Positions 27,959-37,800 of a stretch of DNA of 64,000 bases are shown here, piece by piece; the first letter of the stretch is position 1; every line of letters begins with the position of its first letter. The notes under the pieces are model-generated. The model searched no databases. It worked only from the letters and a program-made list of their open reading frames with translations, and was not told where the DNA came from. Location of the stretch: contig CALRYC010000004.1 in NCBI GenBank assembly GCA_943372295.1, positions 2,325 to 66,324 on the forward strand, given 5' to 3'. This stretch comes from Chitinophaga pinensis. Its GTDB lineage: Bacteria > Bacteroidota > Ignavibacteria > Kapaibacteriales > Kapaibacteriaceae. A program made the position numbers and the translations under genes.

Positions 27959-28327
27959 ATGTCACGACGGACAACCATCAGGGTGACGCATAAGGTCCTC
28001 ATGCAGGATCAGGAAGTGGCGCAGGCCGTCCTGAATCTGAAGGATTACAGCCCATCCAATAAGGAGTTCACGTCGGACAAACTGCGAGAAGCATTGGAGA
28101 GGGTGAAGGCAGCCGAACAGGCCGAGCAGGCAGCCAGCGAGGCTGCCGCGAAGGCGCGTGACGAGGCGATCCGTATTGAAAGTGCCTTTCACGATCTGGT
28201 GCTGGGCGTCAAGCGGCAGGTCATCGCGCAGTACGGCGATGATTCCGACGAGATCACGGCTCTTGGCCTAAAGAAGAAATCGGAGCGCCGCTACGGTCGC
28301 CCCAAGAAAGCAGCGCAGACAACCTAA
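27959..28327 (+). CDS. Hypothetical protein (122 aa; Ala/Glu-rich helix and basic tail)
   Basis: ORF with ATG start. AAEQAEQAASEAAAKARDEA coiled segment and C-terminal KKKSERRYGRPKKAAQTT. No recognisable family. Confidence 0.55.
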   Translation: MSRRTTIRVTHKVLMQDQEVAQAVLNLKDYSPSNKEFTSDKLREALERVKAAEQAEQAASEAAAKARDEAIRIESAFHDLVLGVKRQVIAQYGDDSDEITALGLKKKSERRYGRPKKAAQTT

Positions 28328-28414
28328 CGTAACGGTTCCCACGGAAAACATGACTTTGGGGGAAGGCATGTAGCATAAAGAGGATGCAGTCCTCGTGGGA
28401 AGAGCGCTAAGCAG

Positions 28415-28446
28415 AACGGCCATCCTTTGGATGGCCGTTTCTGTTT
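28415..28446 (+). terminator. Rho-independent terminator (possibly bidirectional, in a convergent spacer)
   Basis: AACGGCCATCC-TTT-GGATGGCCGTT (11-bp stem) followed by TCTGTTT. Confidence 0.7.
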
Positions 28447-28492
28447 ACGCGATGTGATAGCAGCAGACGACGTCTGCCGAGGCAGCGAGGCC

Positions 28493-28960
28493 CTACGCGC
28501 CGATGGCAGCGTAGAGCGCGTCGAAGTCGGGAAGCACGCCCGGATTGGCCGTTACTTCCGAGTACGCGATCGTGCCGTCCGGACCCACAACGAAGACCGC
28601 GCGGTGTGAGCGCGTCAGGCCCGGAATGCCGGCGAAGTTCTCGAATGCAACGTCATAGGCATTGATCGTTGAGAGCGTGAAGTCCGACACGATTGGAAAC
28701 TCCAAACCGTTGGCTTCGGCAAACGCCTTGTTCGCAAATGGAATGTCGGCCGTGATGGCAACAACGGCAGCGTTGACGCCATTGAGGCGCTGAAGAGCCC
28801 CCTGAAACGTGCACAGCTCGTCTTTGCAGACGCCCGTGAAGGCGGCAGGGAAGAATGCGACGACAACCGTCTTGCCGGCATGTGCTGAAAGAGAGACCGG
28901 GTTTTTGTCGGCGTCGAGAAGCGTGAAGTCAGGTGCGGTGGTTCCAACGGCTAGTGCCAT
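28493..28960 (-). CDS. bcp: Peroxiredoxin, Bcp/PrxQ type
   Basis: Start at ATG 28960 (MALAVGTTAPDFTL). FFPAAFTGVCKDELC carries the PxxxTxxC motif plus a CX4C resolving cysteine. Confidence 0.85.
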   Translation of the reverse strand: MALAVGTTAPDFTLLDADKNPVSLSAHAGKTVVVAFFPAAFTGVCKDELCTFQGALQRLNGVNAAVVAITADIPFANKAFAEANGLEFPIVSDFTLSTINAYDVAFENFAGIPGLTRSHRAVFVVGPDGTIAYSEVTANPGVLPDFDALYAAIGA

Positions 28961-29010
28961 GAGATTCTCCAGAGTGTGTTGATAGAAAATTGTCAGCTTC
29001 AGGGAAGGTG

Positions 29011-29018
29011 CAAACCTA
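29011..29018 (-). promoter_or_regulatory. Candidate -7 box TAGGTTTG upstream of bcp
   Basis: The reverse complement of CAAACCTA matches TAnnTTTG about 50 nt upstream of the ATG at 28960. No well-spaced TTG -33 element was seen. Confidence 0.3.
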
Positions 29019-29107
29019 CGGACTGCACGTAACAATCTGCGGGAGCTATCACGTTCCCACATGTATATTGCGCGGCCGTAAATCCGTTATCAAAAGGGGA
29101 GACGCTG

Positions 29108-30559
29108 ATGGCGTTTGAGCTACGATTCCGCAAGGATATCTCGCAGTTACAGAGTGATGCAGTTCACAATACCGAACTGAAGCGCACACTTGGGGCGGGC
29201 AATCTCATCAATCTCGGTATTGGCGCGATCATTGGTGCAGGGCTGTTCTCGCTGACCGGTATCGCAGCCGCAGAGCATGCCGGACCTGCTGTGTCGCTTT
29301 CTTTTGTGATTGCAGCTATTGGCTGTGCATTTGCCGGACTGTGTTATGCTGAGTTTGCAGCAATGATCCCGGTAGCTGGCAGCGCTTACACCTATGCATA
29401 CGCTACGATGGGTGAACTTTTCGCGTGGATCATCGGGTGGGACCTTGTCCTCGAGTATGCAGTTGGCGCTTCGACGGTGGCCGTTTCTTGGTCAGCATAT
29501 CTGGCAAAGTTCCTCGCGTACTACGGGATCACTCTGCCTACGTCTATCGCGATGTCGTACTGGCAAACACCGCCGGGTTCAACCGAGCATGGATTGGTGA
29601 ATCTCCCTGCAATGTTCATTGTGTTCGTTGTATCTCTGTTGCTCATCCGTGGTATTCAGGAATCCGCGCGAGCCAATGCTTTCATCGTGGCACTCAAGGT
29701 TGCCGTGGTGATCATCTTCATTGGTCTTGGCTTTGCTTACATAAACGCCGACAACTACGCTGAGTTCATTCCGGCGAACACGGGAGAGTTTGGCCACTTC
29801 GGTTGGAGCGGAGTGCTGAAGGCAGCAGGCATGGTCTTTTTTGCCTTCATCGGATTTGACGCCGTTTCGACGGCCGCACAGGAAGCAAAGAATCCGCAAC
29901 GCGACATGCCGATCGGTATCCTCGGGTCGCTGGTTATCTGTACCGTTTTGTATGTGCTTTTCTCCTTTGTGATGACGGGCGTTGCGAACTATACGGAGTT
30001 TGCTGGTGCGGCGGCTCCGGTTGCTGTAGCGATAGATAAGATGGGGGTAAGCTGGCTGGGGCCTGCGATCAATCTTGCGATCATCGCAGGGTACTCAAGC
30101 GTGATCCTCGTGATGCTCCTTGGTCAGTCCCGGGTGTTCTACACAATGTCCAAGGATGGCCTCCTGCCAAAGCTCTTTTCGGATACGCATCCGAAGTACA
30201 AAACGCCGTGGAAGTCGAACCTTCTTTTTGCCTTCGTGGTAAGCCTGTTTGCAGGCTTTGCGCCCATCGCGCTTGTTGGTGAGATGACGTCGGTTGGTAC
30301 ACTGTTTGCCTTTGTCGTGGTGTGCGCGGCGGTTCTCATCCTGAGGTATAAGGAGCCCAACCGCGAGCGACCATTCAAGACACCACTTGTGCCGCTGGTC
30401 CCGATCCTTGGCATTCTTTCGTGCGGAGCTCTGCTGGTCTCCCTTTGCCTGAGCGACTACCTGCACTTCTTGCGACTCGCCGTGTGGCTTGCTATCGGTC
30501 TGGTTGTCTATGAAGTTTATGGAAAGAAACACTCCCTTGTCCGCAAGGGAGCGGCATGA
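29108..30559 (+). CDS. APC-superfamily amino-acid permease (cationic amino-acid transporter-like)
   Basis: 483 aa, about 12-13 TM segments. N-terminal LKRTLGAGNLINLGIGAIIGAGLF signature. Confidence 0.85.
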   Translation: MAFELRFRKDISQLQSDAVHNTELKRTLGAGNLINLGIGAIIGAGLFSLTGIAAAEHAGPAVSLSFVIAAIGCAFAGLCYAEFAAMIPVAGSAYTYAYATMGELFAWIIGWDLVLEYAVGASTVAVSWSAYLAKFLAYYGITLPTSIAMSYWQTPPGSTEHGLVNLPAMFIVFVVSLLLIRGIQESARANAFIVALKVAVVIIFIGLGFAYINADNYAEFIPANTGEFGHFGWSGVLKAAGMVFFAFIGFDAVSTAAQEAKNPQRDMPIGILGSLVICTVLYVLFSFVMTGVANYTEFAGAAAPVAVAIDKMGVSWLGPAINLAIIAGYSSVILVMLLGQSRVFYTMSKDGLLPKLFSDTHPKYKTPWKSNLLFAFVVSLFAGFAPIALVGEMTSVGTLFAFVVVCAAVLILRYKEPNRERPFKTPLVPLVPILGILSCGALLVSLCLSDYLHFLRLAVWLAIGLVVYEVYGKKHSLVRKGAA

Positions 30560-32001
30560 GTTTCAAGCGGGAGCTCGGACTATTTGATGCTACGATGATC
30601 GTCGCCGGATCCATGATTGGGTCCGGCGTTTTCATTGTGAGCGCAGACATCGCACGCATGGTTGGTTCACCGGGCATGCTGCTGCTTGTATGGCTGCTGA
30701 CGGGTGTGCTGACGCTGATCGCCGCGCTGTCCTACGGCGAGCTGGCGGGACTTCTTCCGCATGCCGGCGGACAATACGTGTACCTGCGTGAGGCATTTGG
30801 TCCGCTTGCCGGATTCCTCTACGGCTGGACGTTGTTTACGGTCATCCAGACCGGAACGATCGCCGCCGTTGCGATGGCCTTTGCCAAGTACACGTCGGCC
30901 ATCCTGCCCGGGGTGGGTGAGGCGCATGCACTCTTCACGGTAGGGGGCTTTTCGGTGAACGCTGCACAGGTGTTTGCCATCGCTTCCATCCTCGTTCTGA
31001 CGTTTATCAATTCGCGTGGCGTCAGTCTCGGCAAGCTCATCCAGAACACCTTCACATCCACCAAGATCATCAGCGTGGTTGCGCTGGCCGCCGCCGGCAT
31101 CATCTACGGTCTGTCCAACGGCTCACTTGCCGCGGCGATCGATTCTCTGTGGATCGACGGCGTGACACCGCATGTGGCGGACCTTTCGGCCGTGCAGCAG
31201 GATTCGTACGGTTTTGCCTCGCGCATCGGAATGCCTTTTCTTGCTGTCATTGCCGTGTCGATGGTTGGCTCGATCTTTTCCAGCGATGCCTGGAACAACA
31301 TCACGTTTGCCTCGGCAGAAGTGAAGAACCCCGAGCGCACGATCCCTCGCGCCCTCGTCATCGGCGTTAGCCTTGTGACGCTGCTGTACATGCTGACGAA
31401 TCTGTCGTACATCGCCATCATGCCGATAGGGGGCTCACCGGATTCATCGCTGGCTCTGGAGCGCGGCATCGCCTTTGCGACCAATGACCGTGTCGGTGCC
31501 GCCGCAGCGGATGTCATGTTTGGCGCGTCCGGTGCGGTGATCATGGCCGTGCTGATCATGATCTCTACGTTTGGCTGTAACAACGGCATCATCCTGAGCG
31601 GCTCACGCGCCTACTATGCGATGGCCAACGACGGCATGTTCTTCAAGCGGGCGGCAACCCTCAACAAGAACGGGGCTCCTGCTGCCTCGCTGTGGATGCA
31701 GGCCGCATGGGCAAGCGTGCTCTGCCTCAGCGGAAAGTATGGCGACCTGTTGGACTACGTCGTCTTTGCTGTACTGATCTTCTACGTGCTGACGATCCTC
31801 GGAATCTTCCGCCTGCGACGCACCCGCCCGGACCTACCTCGTCCCATCAAAGCCGTCGGCTACCCGTTTCTGCCGGCTCTTTACATCATTCTTGCCCTTG
31901 CGATCTGCATCTGCCTGCTGATCTACAAACCCAACTACAGCTGGCCGGGCCTTGTGATCGTTGCCAGCGGCGTGCCTGTCTACGCCCTCTGGCGCCGGTA
32001 A
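30556..32001 (+). CDS. APC-superfamily amino-acid permease (LAT/SteT-like)
   Basis: 481 aa, 12 TM segments. GLFDATMIVAGSMIGSGVF and YGELAGLLPHAGGQYVYL signatures. ATGA overlap with the upstream permease. Confidence 0.85.
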   Translation: MSFKRELGLFDATMIVAGSMIGSGVFIVSADIARMVGSPGMLLLVWLLTGVLTLIAALSYGELAGLLPHAGGQYVYLREAFGPLAGFLYGWTLFTVIQTGTIAAVAMAFAKYTSAILPGVGEAHALFTVGGFSVNAAQVFAIASILVLTFINSRGVSLGKLIQNTFTSTKIISVVALAAAGIIYGLSNGSLAAAIDSLWIDGVTPHVADLSAVQQDSYGFASRIGMPFLAVIAVSMVGSIFSSDAWNNITFASAEVKNPERTIPRALVIGVSLVTLLYMLTNLSYIAIMPIGGSPDSSLALERGIAFATNDRVGAAAADVMFGASGAVIMAVLIMISTFGCNNGIILSGSRAYYAMANDGMFFKRAATLNKNGAPAASLWMQAAWASVLCLSGKYGDLLDYVVFAVLIFYVLTILGIFRLRRTRPDLPRPIKAVGYPFLPALYIILALAICICLLIYKPNYSWPGLVIVASGVPVYALWRR

Positions 32002-32014
32002 CGTGCTTCGCACA

Positions 32015-32097
32015 GGTGTGAGGTGTGAGGTTGAGGTGTGAGGTGTGAGGTGTGAGGTGTGAGGTGTGAGGTGTGAGGTGTGAGGTGTGAGGTGTGA
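32015..32097. repeat. Locus D part 1: (GGTGTGA)x12 (one 6-nt GGTTGA variant)
   Basis: Counted: 32015-32028 (2 units), 32029-32034 (variant), 32035-32097 (9 units). Begins 13 nt after the permease TAA. Confidence 0.95.
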
Positions 32098-32280
32098 GGT
32101 TGATCCTCGCGCGCTGCGCTTCGCGCAGGTTTCAGGTTTCAGGTTTCAGGTTTCAGGTTTGAGGTGTGGGGTCCAACTCCGCTTCGGTTTCCCTCGCGCG
32201 CTGCGCTTCGCGCAGGTTTCAGGTTTCAGGTTTGAGGTGTGGGGTCCAACTCCGCTTCGGCTTCCCTCGCGCGCTGCGCG
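32098..32280. repeat. Locus D part 2: two direct copies (87 and 73 bp) of CCTCGCGCGCTGCGCTTCGCGCAG-(GGTTTCA)n-GGTTTGAGGTGTGGGGTCCAACTCCGCTTCGG-yTTC
   Basis: The copies start at 32105 and 32192 and differ by two GGTTTCA units (4 vs 2). A third, truncated start occurs at 32265. Confidence 0.9.
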
Positions 32281-32526
32281 TTTCCCTCCGCTTCGGTTTC
32301 CCTCGCGCGAAGCGCGTTGCCCTCCGCTTCGGTTTCCCTCGCGCGAAGCGCGTTGCCCTCCGCTTCGGTTTCCCTCGCGCGAAGCGCGTTTCCCTCCGCT
32401 TCGGCTTCCCTCGCGCGAAGCGCGTTTCCCTCCGCTTCGGTTTCCCTCGCGCGAAGCGCGTTTCCCTCCGCTTCGGTTTCCCTCGCGCGAAGCGCGTTTC
32501 CCTCCGCTTCGGCTTCCCTCCGCAGG
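32281..32526. repeat. Locus D part 3: 36-bp tandem repeat x6.8 (TTTCCCTCCGCTTCGG + TTTCCCTCGCGCGAAGCGCG)
   Basis: Unit boundaries at 32281, 32317, 32353, 32389, 32425, 32461 and 32497. There are no unique spacers. Ends at the base before the stop (32527-32529) of the minus-strand T9SS gene. Confidence 0.95.
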
Positions 32527-34626
32527 TTACCGCACGACCACGAGCGGAACGCTGATGTTCTGCCGCTGGCCCCTGATGGTAACCGTGTAGGTGCCCACCG
32601 GCAGAGATGTCACATCAAATGATGTTTGGTGCGTGCCGGCGGCCAGCACTCCGGCGTCGAAGGTCGAGACGGTGCGGCCCGTTACGTCGACGAGTGATAC
32701 GATGGCCATGCCGCCGGAGGAGAGAAAGAACTCCACGTTGACGTTATCGGAGGCAGGGTTAGGGGCGATGGTTGCCAGGACCGATGCTCCGGTTTCGACA
32801 TCATCGGTTACGTGCGTGGTTAGGACGCTTGCCCGCGCGCCACGCCCCATGTCGTAGTATGTTCCGCTGGCACTGGATAGAAGAGCGCAACAGCGGACCA
32901 TGTACTCGAGTGTTCCGTCGTTACGCAACGAGTCCTGATACGACGTAGCTGTGATAGGGCGGGTGGTAAGCGCTGTCCACTTCTTCGTGCCTTCCTTACG
33001 ACGGTAAACCATGTACGCATCGGCCGTGCCGGAGGGCTTGATCCATGAGAGTTTGACCTTGTTCGGAAACTCCGTCTTGGCTGTAATGGTGCCGAGTGCA
33101 GCGATCTGTTTCGGGTTGGAACGAAGTGTCGGATCACCAAGCAGGGCAATGTGGATCTGACGTTCAAGGCCTCCGGTGAGGGCATAGGACCCGTCAGCGT
33201 TGATGTTGATCACCTGCACGTAGTTGCCCAGAACTCCGCCAGAATAGATCTGCGAACTGTTCTGACTCAATCGGGTGCTGTATCCGATCGTCTCGCCAAG
33301 AGCCATGTGGTGGATGTACCAGTGTGGACGTCCGGACCAGGCCGACGTTAGCACGCGCGGATCCGTGGCAAGAGGCGCCCGCAGGAAATTATTCTGCGTG
33401 TTCCAGTCACCGAAGTAACTGCCGAACAGGAAGGTGAACACCGCATGAACCGGCTTTGTGGACATGTCGGTTGTGGAGCCGACGCCGCCGGCAGAGACAT
33501 CCGTTCCGGCTCCGCAGCCGTATCCGAGCAGGTAGGTCGTCGGCCCCTTAAGGTCGGTGAAAAAGTCGCCCGCACGTACCGCCGTATCCGGTCCGAACAC
33601 GCTGAAGCCCCGCCATGCCGATGCGCTGAATGCCTCGGGATAGGATGTGAAATTGTCATCAATGATCCCACCTGCGCGCACGCTCCATGCGCCTGTCCGG
33701 TAATCGTGGTTCTTCTTGAAGTAGTTCTTCAAAAGATCGGTCTCGCTCGATTTGAACAGCGGCATGTTGAAGAAGTCGATCCGCCCGACCGGTATGTCGA
33801 CGTCGGTGTTGAACACACTCTGGTCGAACTTCCCGTCGCCCGGGATGTTACTGTTCACTGGACGCGATGTGTTGGGCTGATTGGACGTGCGATCGGTATA
33901 GTTACCGTTGTGGTCGCCGTAGATGCCATCGGCAGGCCAAGCCCCCTGATGATCCGGCACATGTCCATCAGGTGCAATGACGCCGGAATATGGCACCGGC
34001 ACGCGTCCGACCAGGACGATCGCGCCAAGGTCGCGACCGCTGTTCCACTCCTGCTTAATAAGCGCCCGCACGCGGTTGACCTTGCCGGAATCAAAGGTCT
34101 CGGCGCGCGGCACTGACATGATGGTGACGTCCCAGCCCTCGTTAAGAAGATCCTGCTCGAAGGTGCTCAGCTGCGTTGCCAGCGGCTGACGCATGGTCGA
34201 GTCGACAAGCACAAGGGCACGTTCCCGTGGGGCAGGGGGCGCTTCGATCCCCGCATTGATGTAACCAACACCGCAGAAATTGACGTTTGCTGCGCCGTTC
34301 TTCCGACTGATAACACGAAACACGCGGTATTCGTAGGACTGTCCGGTCTCAATGTCATTGTCGGTCCATTCCAGCCCCTTGCCCACAACCGAGTCATAGA
34401 TCTCGGGGCTGAACACGGCGTTGTCCTTGAGCTTTCGCCAGATCAGCGCGCCGACCTGATTGTCGTCTTTGTTCCAGCGCAACGTGATCGATGGCTTCGT
34501 TCCTCCTACAACACGGGCGTTGAGCGAAAGTCCGAAATCGCGCGGAGCAGGGGCCTGTGCTTGTGTTACGACCACCATGGTGAGCGTAAGGATCGCGGCT
34601 GTAACCAAAGAGCGGATCAACGACAT
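32527..34626 (-). CDS. T9SS cargo protein with two Fn3-like domains and a central alpha/beta domain (possibly gingipain/C25-like)
   Basis: Start at ATG 34626 (MSLIRSLVTAAILTLTMVVVTQAQA signal). Fn3-like segments (ITLRWNKDD...YEYRV; KLSWIKPSG...YMV). C-terminus NPASDNVNVEF...VDVTGRTV...LPVGTYTVTI matches a Por-secretion tail. The C25 assignment is weak. Confidence 0.7.
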   Translation of the reverse strand: MSLIRSLVTAAILTLTMVVVTQAQAPAPRDFGLSLNARVVGGTKPSITLRWNKDDNQVGALIWRKLKDNAVFSPEIYDSVVGKGLEWTDNDIETGQSYEYRVFRVISRKNGAANVNFCGVGYINAGIEAPPAPRERALVLVDSTMRQPLATQLSTFEQDLLNEGWDVTIMSVPRAETFDSGKVNRVRALIKQEWNSGRDLGAIVLVGRVPVPYSGVIAPDGHVPDHQGAWPADGIYGDHNGNYTDRTSNQPNTSRPVNSNIPGDGKFDQSVFNTDVDIPVGRIDFFNMPLFKSSETDLLKNYFKKNHDYRTGAWSVRAGGIIDDNFTSYPEAFSASAWRGFSVFGPDTAVRAGDFFTDLKGPTTYLLGYGCGAGTDVSAGGVGSTTDMSTKPVHAVFTFLFGSYFGDWNTQNNFLRAPLATDPRVLTSAWSGRPHWYIHHMALGETIGYSTRLSQNSSQIYSGGVLGNYVQVININADGSYALTGGLERQIHIALLGDPTLRSNPKQIAALGTITAKTEFPNKVKLSWIKPSGTADAYMVYRRKEGTKKWTALTTRPITATSYQDSLRNDGTLEYMVRCCALLSSASGTYYDMGRGARASVLTTHVTDDVETGASVLATIAPNPASDNVNVEFFLSSGGMAIVSLVDVTGRTVSTFDAGVLAAGTHQTSFDVTSLPVGTYTVTIRGQRQNISVPLVVVR

Positions 34627-34827
34627 ATTGTTCTTCCTCAGCATTGAGTGTGTAAGGGGCGTGGTGGCACGTTGCCTGCCGACCCAACGCGGAAAAGTTA
34701 CGACGGGCAGGGATTCCGTGGTATACCTCGTTCTCGTATCTTTCCCGGGCATGCGCGCGCGCGCCTGTCTGCGGCCTTTATGCGCTTGCTGAGGCACCTG
34801 ACTTTACCATCGAGTGTGGGATGTGGC

Positions 34828-37800
34828 ATGACCCGTAATCAACTCGTTACCATCGGCCTGTTGGCAGTGCTCCTTGCCACGCAGGCCTCGGCGCAGTTTC
34901 CTGCGTCTTGCGATGGCAGAAAGGACTGCATCTTCAATGCTGTGCAGTTCGTCACCACCAGTGGTCGCAGTCAGCACTTCATCGAGCTGTTGAAGAATCC
35001 CGCCAGGGCGCGTCAGAGTGCACTGACCTTCGAGATGTGGGCCAAGATCGAGAAGCAGGCCAATCAGCGTCAATTTCTGGGCGGGCTGTGGGGACCCAAC
35101 TCCGACTTCAACGACGTCTTCGTCGTGTACATCGATTCCAACGATGAGCTTGTGTTTGAAGTCAATGGCGATGCCGGTCAGCTTAAAAGCGTCGACAACA
35201 CCATCGTCCGCACGTCGGCTGCCGGACTCTACGGAGCATGGCGCCACATCGCCGTGGTATTCGACGGCGGAACGGAAAGTGCGTCCATCTTTATCGACGG
35301 AACGCGTGCTGCAGGACCGGTTCGAAATGATCAGTACCCGGCGGCGTACCTGCGTGGTCTTGACCGTCCGGATCTGCCGTTTCTGATCGGTTCGTGCAAC
35401 GGCGTTGCCGATAACCAGAATCTTTTCCGCACGATGAAGGGGCTGGTCGATGAGATCCGCGTCTGGGATCGTGCTCTCGACGAGTCATCCATCAAGTGCC
35501 AGATGCAGCGCTCGCTGAACGGAAACGAGCAGGGGCTGCGCGCCTATCTGCGCTGTAACGAGTCGGCAGGAAACATTTCCTCACTTTGCGATGCCACGGG
35601 CAACGGCCACTCCGGACTTCTTCGCTCGGGCGCATCAAATCTGCGCTCTGATCGCGTGGTGCCTCGCTCACTAAGCGTTTTGCCGGCTGCCATCAAGCAG
35701 GACATTCTCTGCGACACGGTAGCACAGTGGCAGTTTACGATCGTCGACACGGCAGTCTGCGGTAGTACAGCCAATCTCGTGATGAGGGGTCCGGAAGCAA
35801 GCATGTTCACCATCACGCCCTCGTCAGTGAATCTAGCCGGCGGCACTCCGCAGGTGGTAACGGTGACGTTCCGGGGAACGCTTGTCGGTACGTTCATCGA
35901 CACGTTGGAGATCAGGCCGACCAACCGTTGCGGTCTGCCGAACCAGCAGATCCGCATGGAGCTGAATCGCATCACGGAAACCGGCGTAAATCGTCGGGGT
36001 GTGCTATTCGATACACTCTGGGTGGGCTGCGTGGACAAAACACAGATCGATTCGACGATCATCGTGTGCAACACGTCCGACCAACTTGGCAGGCCTCGCC
36101 CCCTGACAATTCGAAACACGTTTACCAACGAGCCCAAGGGCTTCACGGTGGTCGGCGTGTCCTATCCGATCGTCATCCAGCCTGGTCAGTGCACAACACT
36201 TGTCATCCGGTCGTTTGTACGCGACACCACGGCCGACTATCGCGATACTCTGCGGCTTGTGACAGACGATCAGTGTCAGAAGACTCCCGTCACCATTGCC
36301 CTTACCGGGCGAACACAGGAGGTCATTTCGGTCCGCAACACTTCCGGGTCGAGACGTATCGATACGATGCGTTTCGAGGCCGTCTGCCCGGGCCTTCTGA
36401 GTAACCCGCAGAACTACACGTGGCAGAATCTGACGCTGTCGGACATTGTCATCGACACGATCATCGTTCCCAAGGACTTTACACACTATCGCATACGCTT
36501 CCCGTTCACGCTGCTTCCAAAGACCGGGTATCCGTTCAACTCCGTGCGGTTCCTTCCGCGTCAGCCCGGCATCGTGTTCGACTCGATCATCATCAAGACG
36601 CGCATCCAGGGATGCAACATCGAGCGCAAGATCTACGTCACGGGGCGCGGTCTGGATAACAAGGTGCAATGGTCTGTCAATGGCCTCGTAGACTTTGGCG
36701 ACGTGCTCGTGGGCCAGCAACGCACGTTGAGCGTGCGCGCAAAGAACACCAGCAAGTTCGATGCTCTAACCGTGTCGCTCTATGTTCAGCGCGGCGAGTC
36801 CTTCGCCCTGCTTGGCGGCACGAGCCGTACCATTCAGCCGGGTGACTCGACAACGATTCCGATCACGTTCCGGCCGACAGATTCGCTGACGTACAACGAC
36901 AAACTCTGTCTGTTCGAAAACCGCTGCTACGTGTCAGACTGTATCGACCTCAAGGGGCGAGGCATCATGCAGATATTCCGTTTTCAGCCCCTTGTCATGG
37001 AGACCCAGAACGTTATCTCGTGTCAGACACGGGAAGACTCGGTCTTCATCGTGAACCTTACCGACTCGCCGCGTCGAATAGACTCTCTACAGTTCGTCGA
37101 TCAGTCCGGTGGACGCATTTCGATCATCGATCCCCCGGGGCCGGTCACCGGGACCACACGTACGATCCCGCCTCGTGATTCCATTCGTTTCCGCACACGA
37201 TACACACCTGCCGATCCGACACGTGACCGGGCCGACAGGGCGTACATCCGTTTCCGTGATGAGAGCCGGGCCGAGTGGCAGGTTCAGCTGATCGCCACAT
37301 CCGTTGCGCCGAAGCTGTTCGTTTCCCAGAATACGGCCTTTGGCACCGTTGAAGTGGGCGACCGCAAGACCATGCAGATGATTGTCGAGAATACTTCCTC
37401 GCTGCCGGTACGCGTCGACTCGCTGACGATCAGTCCGGGGTTCCGGATCGTTTCAACCAGTCGTGCCGTGCCCCTTACCCTGGCGCCACGAGATTCGATT
37501 CGCGTCGATGTGGAGTTTGCTCCAGATGCCGCGCGCTCATTTGTTGGCGCGCTGACGGCGCATTCTTCCGAACCCTGCACTATCAGCGGCTCCGGACCTC
37601 TATCGGGTCGGGGGATCATCGTCAAACTCGAGAGCGCTTTGTCACTGGTCAACTTCGGCTACGTGCGGCCGTGCGAGTGCATTGACCGCACGATCGAGCT
37701 TCTGAATGGTTCGCTGAAGTTCGACATGGTGGTCGAACGAGTCTGGATCGACTCGGTGGGAGTGCCCGGCGGGAAGCCGCAGTTCTTTAACTGGAAGTCC

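Noticed and set aside
32281-32526. 36-bp periodic array that a CRISPR finder might flag
   Set aside because: The units are directly adjacent with no unique spacers. Each unit is an internal duplication (two TTCCCTC boxes). No cas genes are in the window. This is a tandem repeat, not a CRISPR array.
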